From NCBI GenBank assembly GCA_964398415.1, contig CAYNOM010000002.1, positions 4,292 to 44,068 on the forward strand: a DNA stretch of 39,777 nt. Direction: 5' to 3'. This document shows positions 33,702 to 39,777 of the stretch, in pieces (the stretch's first letter is position 1; each line of letters starts with the position of its first letter). Made by a program: the position numbers and the translations under genes. The stretch comes from an uncultured Polyangiales bacterium. GTDB taxonomy: Bacteria; Myxococcota_A; Polyangia; Polyangiales; DASUME01. The notes beneath the pieces are model-generated. The model searched no databases, was not told where the DNA came from, and saw only the letters and a list, made by a program, of their open reading frames with translations.

Positions 33702-34276
33702 GTGAGCCCCTTCAGGGTGCTCTCGAGCAGGTCACGACTGGGCGGTCTGCCGACGTCGGTGAGGCACACCGCTGCGTCGCGGCCGCGGGGACGCAGCACG
33801 GCCATCACCCGGTCGTCGCACAGGCTGGCCGAAAGCGCCTCGGTCTCGCCCAGGGCGTGCGCCGTGGCGGCCGCGATCTGCTGAGTCAGGTTCATCGCAT
33901 CGAGCCAACGCGGTGAGAGCGAGAGCTGAGAGAGCTCTTGTCGCGAGGGCGGCGCACTCAACGTGAAGCTGCACAGGATGCCCGGCGCGATGGGGCGAAC
34001 CGTGGGCGTTGCGCTCGTATCGATGTGGATCTCCCGTGACATGACGCTCCGTAGGGCGTGAAGGTGGGTGGCATTCAGCGCGCGCGCCAAGCGTGCTGAC
34101 TTGCGCGGGCCGTCCCGGCTCGCGTCCTCGTCGAGCTCGTGCCGGGTCGTAGACAGCGTGATGCCGTCTTGTTGAACGGTGGTGACGAGGTGTGCAGGGT
34201 CGCTCTCACTCGCCACGGTCTTGACCTCGAGCGTGCGATCGGAAAGCTCGACGCTGGACTGCCTGTGCATGCTCAT
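33689..34276 (-). CDS. Hypothetical protein, possible divergent Roadblock-like C-terminal half
   Basis: The ATG overlaps the GTPase stop as ATGA (34273-34276). Coding-like GC3. The C-terminal AAATAHALGETEALSASLCDDRVMAVLRPRGRDAAVCLTD weakly resembles the second half of a Roadblock fold. Confidence 0.45.
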   Translation of the reverse strand: MSMHRQSSVELSDRTLEVKTVASESDPAHLVTTVQQDGITLSTTRHELDEDASRDGPRKSARLARALNATHLHALRSVMSREIHIDTSATPTVRPIAPGILCSFTLSAPPSRQELSQLSLSPRWLDAMNLTQQIAAATAHALGETEALSASLCDDRVMAVLRPRGRDAAVCLTDVGRPPSRDLLESTLKGLTCSD

Positions 34277-35397
34277 GCTCCCGCCGAGCGGAACCAGCCG
34301 CGTCGCTTGCGCGTGTCGTTCGACAGCTCTTCGAGGGACTCCTGTAGATTTTGGAGGTCGCGATGCAGTGCACCCTGACCTGCCCGCACCTGGGCATCGA
34401 CCTCGCGGAGGCTGTCACTCAGATCGTGCAGGTCGGCCAGCTCCTTGCGAATGTCCGCGATCAGCTCCCCCCGCAGCAACGGAAGTTGGTCGAGCCGCTC
34501 CACGACACTTTGGTGCAGGCGGTCGTTGGCGACGGGCACCACGGCCACGGCTTCCTTCAGGGTCTCTCCCGTCTGGTGAATGAGCTTTCGAGTTCCGATG
34601 GTCTGCTCTTCGAGCGCGCGTCGTAGACTACGCATGTCGCGCTCACGGGCTTCGGCGTCGACCTTCAGCGCGTCGATGGTCTGGTGGGCAGCGTCGACGC
34701 GTGCGTGCAGGGCAACGAAGCGTTCTGCCAGGCTGTCGAGGGCGCCCACGATGCGATCGAGCTTGCTCGAGGTGCGCTCCCCTTCGAGTCTCTGTCTCAG
34801 GCCACTCGTCTGGGGATCCTGAAATGCTCGGCGCGCCGCCTGTTCGTAAGCGCACTGCAGCGCAGCGACGACGCCCTGTCCGGTGCTCGCCACGCTCTCG
34901 AAGCACAACGCGTCGGGCATGCCGATGCTGCGCAGAAGCTCCTCACGCGAGCTCGGGTCTGGGTCGTCGGCATGGTTGAGCTGTACCACCACCGGCAGCG
35001 TGCTGAGGGTTTGACCCTGGCGACTCAGATCATCGAACAAGCGCTGCGCCGCCTGCTCGTTGGCCGGGCCATGCGCCTTGCCTGAGTGCAGCACCAGCAC
35101 GACCGCATCGGCGCCCTGCAACAGACGCTCGGTGGTGGTCCGCTGCCGAGCCTCGCCCACGAGACCCCGCACGCGGACCAGCACTTGTGCCCCTTCGAGC
35201 GCATCGCGTTGATTGGGCACCCAATCAAACATCGCCGTGCGATCGCCGTTCTGGTTGAGCGAGATAAGCTCGGTGGCTCTGCCGGCCTCGGTGGCGCGCC
35301 GCACCGCTTCGAGTGCCGCGAGCTTGCCCGCGCCCTCGGGCCCCAAGTAGGCAATACACAGCTCCACCGAGCCGCGCTCCACATCCACGCGTGGCAT
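34273..35397 (-). CDS. MglA-like small GTPase domain (degenerate G motifs) fused to ~190-aa coiled-coil tail; first gene of the operon
   Basis: ATG 35397, with GAGGGGGG 4 nt upstream. ELCIAYLGPEGAGKLAAL / LISLNQNGDRTAMFDWVP / GADAVVLVLHSG / LPVVVQLNHADDP / ASTGQGV are collinear with M. xanthus MglA (IVYYGPGLCGKTTNL / LISLSTETDRTLFFDFLP / GVDGVVFVADSQ / IPYVIQYNKRDLP / APTGVGV, from memory). Confidence 0.75.
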   Translation of the reverse strand: MPRVDVERGSVELCIAYLGPEGAGKLAALEAVRRATEAGRATELISLNQNGDRTAMFDWVPNQRDALEGAQVLVRVRGLVGEARQRTTTERLLQGADAVVLVLHSGKAHGPANEQAAQRLFDDLSRQGQTLSTLPVVVQLNHADDPDPSSREELLRSIGMPDALCFESVASTGQGVVAALQCAYEQAARRAFQDPQTSGLRQRLEGERTSSKLDRIVGALDSLAERFVALHARVDAAHQTIDALKVDAEARERDMRSLRRALEEQTIGTRKLIHQTGETLKEAVAVVPVANDRLHQSVVERLDQLPLLRGELIADIRKELADLHDLSDSLREVDAQVRAGQGALHRDLQNLQESLEELSNDTRKRRGWFRSAGA

Positions 35398-35801
35398 GGT
35401 TCCCCCCTCATGCGCGCCCATCTGCCGGGCGTCTATCCCGTAACAGGGATGTCCTAAGTTAAACAGCAGCCATGGACAAAGTCTATGTTTGCCTAGGGTG
35501 TGGACCGATTTTGGTGGCAGGCCTTGAGGCGACCAGCGCTGGCATGCGCTGTGGGATCACACCACTTATTCTGAGTAGTTGCGATGCCATGAGTGGGCGC
35601 GCATGCAGTCTTGCGCAGCTGCTCTGGCGCTCACCGTGGGTCACTGTTTGTTCATTGTTTGGTTCGGGTAGGGTGGTTGTGCAGGGCAACCACGCGGGCG
35701 CGCCTTGTAGGCCGTGACCCGCGTGTGCACTGGGCGGCTTGGGGGCTTGTCCCCATAGTTGCGTCTCGAGGCGCTGAGCCTTCGTGAGAAGGAGAGGACG
35801 A
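35398..35801. promoter_or_regulatory. ~400-bp divergent intergenic region between the 11-gene operon and the LLM oxidoreductase gene
   Basis: Longest non-coding gap in the window and visibly less GC-rich than its surroundings. Contains a TGTTTG direct repeat 11 bp apart (35645-35650, 35656-35661) and a 7-bp-stem hairpin/palindrome gtggttg-N7-caaccac (35673-35693). No confident -35/-10 or sigma-54 element identified. Confidence 0.4.
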
Positions 35802-36872
35802 GTGCAAAAACCGCGTGTGGGAGTCGTCGCCTATTGGAAGGGCTACGACCGCAAGATCTATCTCAAGGCCGCGAAGCTGGCGGACGAGCTCGGCTACGAG
35901 TCGTTCTGGGTGCCCGAGGCCTGGGGCTACGACGTGTTTCCTCTACTCACGGAGATGGCGAAGGAGACGAAGCGCATCAAGCTCGGCACGGGCATCGTCA
36001 ACGTGTACAGCCGTTCGCCGGGCCTCATCGCCATGAGCTCCGCCACGCTCGACGAGATCAGCGACGGCCGCTTCATCCTCGGCATCGGCACGAGCGCCCA
36101 TCGTGTGATCGAGGGCTTTCACGGCGTGCCCTACGACAAGCCCCTGAGCCGAACGCGAGACGTGCTGAGGATCGTGCGCGGTTTGCTGAACGGCGAGTCG
36201 CTCGATCGGGTGGGTGCGGAGATGGTGCGCTATCGCCCCTTCAAGCTCGCCACGAAAGCCGGCCAACATCGGGTGCCGATCTACGTCGCAGCGCTCAAAC
36301 AGAAGTCGATCGAGAGCGTCGGCGAGCTCGCTGATGGTTGGATGCCCGCCTTTTGGCCTTACCAAGAGCTTTCGCGTGGCCTCACGTTCTTGCACAACGG
36401 TGCACGTCGTGCGGGGCGAGATCCTGCGAGTCTCGAGGTGGCGCTCGTGACGGCGGCGATTCCCATCGGGAAAAAGCGCGCGATGGTGATGGCCAAGGAC
36501 ATCATCTCCTTCTACGTCGGCGGCATGGGAGACTTCTATCGCGAGCTGCTCAGCGAGTCTGGCTTCGCCGACGACTGCGACCGCATCGCCCAGCTCTACC
36601 AAAACCACGAGACGCGCTCGAAGGCGAGGGATGCCGTGCCCGATGCGCTGGTCGAGGCGATGACGGCCTCGGGGGATCCCCTGTCTTGCCGCGCCAAGCT
36701 ACGCGAGCTTTCCGCGCTCGGCGTGACGCAGCCGTTGCTCGGCCTGCCCGCAGCCGCGTCGTGGCCTGCGATCGCGGCCTATCTCTACGCCATGGCGCCC
36801 GGGCGTACGCCCAGCCTCTTGCAGCTCATGACCACGGGTGCCGTGCGCGTCGCCACGCAGCTCGAGAGCTAG
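35802..36872 (+). CDS. Luciferase-like monooxygenase (LLM) class flavin/F420-dependent oxidoreductase
   Basis: AAGGAGAGG SD before GTG 35802. [46 protein letters not shown] are typical LLM motifs. Confidence 0.9.
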   Translation: MQKPRVGVVAYWKGYDRKIYLKAAKLADELGYESFWVPEAWGYDVFPLLTEMAKETKRIKLGTGIVNVYSRSPGLIAMSSATLDEISDGRFILGIGTSAHRVIEGFHGVPYDKPLSRTRDVLRIVRGLLNGESLDRVGAEMVRYRPFKLATKAGQHRVPIYVAALKQKSIESVGELADGWMPAFWPYQELSRGLTFLHNGARRAGRDPASLEVALVTAAIPIGKKRAMVMAKDIISFYVGGMGDFYRELLSESGFADDCDRIAQLYQNHETRSKARDAVPDALVEAMTASGDPLSCRAKLRELSALGVTQPLLGLPAAASWPAIAAYLYAMAPGRTPSLLQLMTTGAVRVATQLES

Positions 36873-36886
36873 AGTACCGCGCGGCA

Positions 36887-37144
36887 CTAGAGCGTCTCCG
36901 GGTGTGGCATGGGGCCGGCCCAGCGCAGGTGCGGCTGCTTCGGTGGCGCGAGGTCGATCATGAGCTCGTGCTCGCTCTCGTAGAGCATGAAGGGGATCAC
37001 GAAGGGCAGCACGAAGACGAAGAACGCGGCGACGAACAGCAGGATGGGAAGCAGCACGCCCAGGAGCGAAAGGCTGCCGATCAGGATGCCCATGGGCTTC
37101 CAGAGACCCGGATCTCGACGCTGTGGAATGGCGAGGACTTGCAT
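36887..37144 (-). CDS. Small integral membrane protein
   Basis: Internal ATG 37144 (MQVLAIPQRRDPGLWKP...). Two hydrophobic helices (GILIGSLSLLGVLLPILLFVAAFFVFVLPFVIPFML). Strongly GC-rich third positions. Confidence 0.55.
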   Translation of the reverse strand: MQVLAIPQRRDPGLWKPMGILIGSLSLLGVLLPILLFVAAFFVFVLPFVIPFMLYESEHELMIDLAPPKQPHLRWAGPMPHPETL

Positions 37145-37361
37145 GACCACCTCCGTGGCGCGGCGTTCGAAGCGCATGCGCCGCATGAGGGTTCACGCTC
37201 GCCCCGCATCCCATGCGACGCAAGGTCCCGGCTGGGGAGGTCTCGGCTGGGGGTAGCGTACCTGGGCTCGAGGCGGCGCCACCTTCGGCGGCTACACCCG
37301 TCAGCCATGGGCTGCTAGCGTCACCCCAGAGACGTGAACCGCGCGCCAAAAGGGGGCAAGG

Positions 37362-37970
37362 ATGGAGTCTGTGCAGCAGTTCCTGAGTGACACGTTCGGC
37401 AAGGCTTGGGACACCTTCAAAGGCGATCCACTGACCTACGTCGTCGCTTCTCTGATCCTGGGCTTTGTAACCATGATTTCGCTCGGCTTGCTCGCCGGGC
37501 CGCTCACCGTGGGCTTCATCCGCATCATCAAGCACAAGCGCGAGGGACGCGAGGCGGGCATCGGTGACGTGTTCGACTTCTCGAGCTTCGTCAGCAGCTT
37601 GCTCGTGATGGTGATCCTCGGCGTGGCGATCTTCATCGGGACGCTCTTGCTCGTCATCCCCGGGCTCGTGGTGGCCGTGTTCGGCGTGTTCGCCATCTAC
37701 GAGGTGGCCTACACGGACGTGGGCCCGATTGAAGCCATCCAAAACAGCATCTCGCTCGTCAAGGAGCACTTCCTCAACGTGCTCGTGCTGATGATCGTCG
37801 TCATCGCGATCAACATGGTAGGTGGCTCGGTCATGCTCGGCGCCCTGCTCACGGTGCCCTTCGGCATGATCATGCTGTCCATCGCCTACGAGAAGATGAC
37901 CGACAAGACGAGCGCGCTCGATCCCAGCACAGCGCCGCGTTTCGACCAGGTGCCGCCCCAGGGCCTGTGA
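37362..37970 (+). CDS. Integral membrane protein (4-5 TM helices), unknown function
   Basis: AAGGGGGCAAGG before the ATG. Multiple long hydrophobic segments. No family assigned. Confidence 0.7.
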   Translation: MESVQQFLSDTFGKAWDTFKGDPLTYVVASLILGFVTMISLGLLAGPLTVGFIRIIKHKREGREAGIGDVFDFSSFVSSLLVMVILGVAIFIGTLLLVIPGLVVAVFGVFAIYEVAYTDVGPIEAIQNSISLVKEHFLNVLVLMIVVIAINMVGGSVMLGALLTVPFGMIMLSIAYEKMTDKTSALDPSTAPRFDQVPPQGL

Positions 37971-38007
37971 TGTCTCTTCCACCGCGCACGGGCGGGGCTG
38001 CTACGGT

Positions 38008-39330
38008 GTGCGCGTGGTGCGTCGTGACGAAGAGCCCGCCGAACGCGAACCCCAGGTCCTGCGCAACCTGAGCTGGCTCGTCAGGCTGCGCTGGGTGGCC
38101 GTCGTCGGGCAGGCCCTTGCGATCGGCGTCGCGGCGGCCCTCGTCGGCCTCGCCCACGACACGGCCTCGTGGATGGGGCTCATCGTGCTCGCGAACGCGC
38201 TGCTCAACGGGGCGCTCAGCCTATGGCTGCGCTCAGCCAAGCGCGCGTCACCCTTCATGTTGACGTCGCTGCTCGCAGTCGATCTCGTGCTGTTGACGGG
38301 CCTTCTGGCCTTGTCGGGCGGGCCATCCAACCCCTTCAGCGTGCTCTACCTCGTCAATGTGGCGCTCGGTGCCGTGGTCTTGCGTCCGCGGGACGCCTGG
38401 GTGCTCGTCGCCCTGTCGACGCTCTCATTTGCGGCGCTGTTCGCGCGCCTCGACCCGCACGCCATGCACATGCACGATGGAAACGAGATGCGCCTGCACC
38501 TGCAGGGCATGTGGCTCGCCTTTGCGATCGCCGCCGCAGTCATCGGCTACTTCGTCACACGTGTCACCCGCGACCTCGAAGAAGAGCGCGCACGCTCGGT
38601 GCAGGCCCAGCTCGACGCGGCGCGCAACGAGCGACTCGCTTCCCTCGCCACGCTTGCAGCGGGCGCCGCCCACGAGCTCGCCACGCCCCTGTCCACGATC
38701 GCGGTCGTCGCCAAAGAGCTGTCGAACGCGCTTCGTGCGCGCGAGTCCGACCTCGTGCCCGACATCGCCCTGATCCGCGAGGAGGTGGGACGCTGCCGCG
38801 CCATCCTGCAGGACATGTCGAGCGATGCGGGCGAGAGCGCAGGCGATCCGTTTCGCGAGCTGACCGCCGACGAGCTCGTCACGCGGATTCTCGAGGGCGT
38901 GTCGCAGCGCGAGCGGGTTCACACGCAGGTGAGCGACTCGGCGCGGCGCGTCACCGTCCCGCCCCGTGCGCTGTCGCGGGCCGTGCGCGGCCTCATCAAG
39001 AACGCGCTCGAGGCGTCGTCCGCGAAGGTCACGCTTTCGGCCCACTTTCAGGGCGACGAGCTGGTCTTGGGCGTGCGTGATCAAGGGCCTGGGATGGGTG
39101 CGGACGTGCTCGCGCGGGTGGGCGAGCCCTTCTTCAGCACCAAGGCCGCGGGGACAGGCATGGGGCTCGGGGTGTTTCTGGCACGGGCCACCGTCGAGCG
39201 CTTGGGCGGTACGTTTGCGCTTCGCTCCGAACCCGGGAAGGGCACGGAGGTCACGCTCGTGCTGCGACCAAATGCCACATGGCAGGCACGGCCGGTGCAC
39301 GGCAGAAAGAGCGAAGATGGTGGCGACTGA
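38008..39330 (+). CDS. regB: Redox-sensing sensor histidine kinase, RegB/PrrB/ActS family
   Basis: Polytopic N-terminus containing the family-specific quinone motif GGxxNPF (GGPSNPF). H-box AHELATPLSTI. Redox-box Cys context EEVGRCRAIL. DQGPGMG, GTGMGLG. Confidence 0.9.
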   Translation: MRVVRRDEEPAEREPQVLRNLSWLVRLRWVAVVGQALAIGVAAALVGLAHDTASWMGLIVLANALLNGALSLWLRSAKRASPFMLTSLLAVDLVLLTGLLALSGGPSNPFSVLYLVNVALGAVVLRPRDAWVLVALSTLSFAALFARLDPHAMHMHDGNEMRLHLQGMWLAFAIAAAVIGYFVTRVTRDLEEERARSVQAQLDAARNERLASLATLAAGAAHELATPLSTIAVVAKELSNALRARESDLVPDIALIREEVGRCRAILQDMSSDAGESAGDPFRELTADELVTRILEGVSQRERVHTQVSDSARRVTVPPRALSRAVRGLIKNALEASSAKVTLSAHFQGDELVLGVRDQGPGMGADVLARVGEPFFSTKAAGTGMGLGVFLARATVERLGGTFALRSEPGKGTEVTLVLRPNATWQARPVHGRKSEDGGD

Positions 39331-39777
39331 CGAGCCAGGCGACGCGCCTCTGATCCTCGTCGTCGATGACGACACGCGTTTTCGCGAGCAACTCGCGCGG
39401 GCCTTCGTACGCCGCGGCTTTGGTGTGGTCAGCGCCGCGAGCTACGACGAAGCACTTACACTCGCAAAGCGCGAGAGCCCCGAGTTTGCGGTGGTCGATC
39501 TGCGGATGCCTGGGCCCGGTGGCATCGAAGTGTTGAAGGCCCTGCGCGAGATCGATCCGGAGACGCGGGTGGTGATGCTCTCGGGCTACGGCTCGATCGC
39601 GACGGCGGTGGAAGCCGTGCACCTCGGGGCGCTGAACTTTCTGCAGAAGCCCGCAGACGCCGACGAAGTCCTTTCTGCGCTGGGGCTCGCCGACGAAAAA
39701 ACCGACGACACGAGCGAGCCTCAGACGCCGTCCCTCGAGCGCGTCAAGTGGGAGCACATGCAGCGCGTGCTCGCCGA
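39317..39777 (+). CDS. regA: Response regulator, RegA/PrrA/ActR family (C-terminus outside the window)
   Basis: ATG 39317 overlaps the regB 3' end by 14 nt. The frame is open to the window edge, so it is not in the ORF track. LILVVDDD...AVVDLRMPGPGGIEV...VMLSGYGSIATAVEAVHLGALNFLQKPADADEV closely parallels RegA receivers. Confidence 0.85.
   Translation, partial: MVATDEPGDAPLILVVDDDTRFREQLARAFVRRGFGVVSAASYDEALTLAKRESPEFAVVDLRMPGPGGIEVLKALREIDPETRVVMLSGYGSIATAVEAVHLGALNFLQKPADADEVLSALGLADEKTDDTSEPQTPSLERVKWEHMQRVLA

Noticed and set aside
35500-35560. TGGCA-containing motifs (ggtggcaggccttgagg, ctggcatgcgctgtggg) as sigma-54 promoters for the flanking genes
   Set aside because: Neither has a GC dinucleotide at the required 10-nt offset from the GG, so there is no TGGCAC-N5-TTGC match. 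No enhancer-binding protein gene is adjacent.
35472-35787. Small ORFs (81, 68, 64 aa) inside the long intergenic region
   Set aside because: They have poor GC3 bias compared with the surrounding genes, no SD motifs, mutual overlap and Cys/Gly/Leu-rich products with no motifs. I treat the region as non-coding and regulatory.
36699-37982. 427-aa minus-strand ORF spanning three annotated genes
   Set aside because: It overlaps the LLM 3' end, the small membrane protein and the whole 37362-37970 membrane protein gene. The product is His/Asp/Arg/Glu-rich low complexity, and the plus-strand membrane protein has a good SD and clear TM helices.
38169-39080. 303-aa alternative-frame ORF inside regB, plus the minus-strand ORF 38425-39375
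   Set aside because: The products are Arg/Ala-rich shadow frames. The regB frame carries the H-box, G-boxes and the GGxxNPF motif.
1-39777. Searched for mobile elements, prophage remnants, toxin-antitoxin or classical defense genes, and for tRNA, rRNA or riboswitch-like elements
   Set aside because: I recognised no transposase, integrase, recombinase, nuclease/helicase or methyltransferase signatures. I found no inverted terminal repeats, no cloverleaf-like tRNA sequence and no rRNA-like stretch by eye. A covariance-model scan (tRNAscan-SE, Rfam) would be needed to exclude small RNAs.

Overview
Very GC-rich bacterial chromosomal segment (roughly two-thirds G+C by eye, not computed). It has hallmarks of Myxococcota: three Hanks-type Ser/Thr kinases, a TPR/PEGA protein, a DUF2378/TIGR02265-like protein, many Cys-rich lipoproteins, and MglA/Roadblock-like genes. 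I call 45 densely packed protein-coding genes on both strands, two of them truncated by the window edges and therefore absent from the ORF track. I recognise no rRNA, tRNA, CRISPR array, transposase, integrase, phage gene or classical defense gene. Many of the longest ORFs in the supplied track are Arg/Ala/Gly/His-rich antisense or out-of-frame shadows typical of high-GC DNA, and several real genes start well inside their listed ORF. The track also treats GTG/TTG as Met. The standout is an 11-gene, translationally coupled minus-strand operon at 27434-35397. In transcription order it encodes a degenerate MglA-like GTPase with a coiled-coil tail, two Roadblock-like proteins, an adrenodoxin-type [2Fe-2S] ferredoxin, a V4R protein, a 113-aa orphan, a phycobiliprotein-like globin, a second V4R protein, a Ser/Thr kinase, a second phycobiliprotein-like globin and a heme oxygenase. 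I interpret it as a candidate bilin/tetrapyrrole-linked sensory or signalling system in an apparently non-photosynthetic host, and I know of no characterised system with this composition. Secondary items are a ThDP enzyme coupled to an atypical KASIII-like enzyme followed by a hybrid histidine kinase (1226-5751), a MauE/DoxX protein with a Cys-less rhodanese (10979-12018), a carotenoid-cleavage oxygenase/SDR neighbourhood (18260-21344), a non-RD kinase fused to a cNMP-binding domain (25769-27061), a 15-bp in-frame tandem repeat (23347-23436) and a RegB/RegA-type redox two-component pair (38008-39777). All family calls rest on motifs read by eye and need HMM or structure confirmation.
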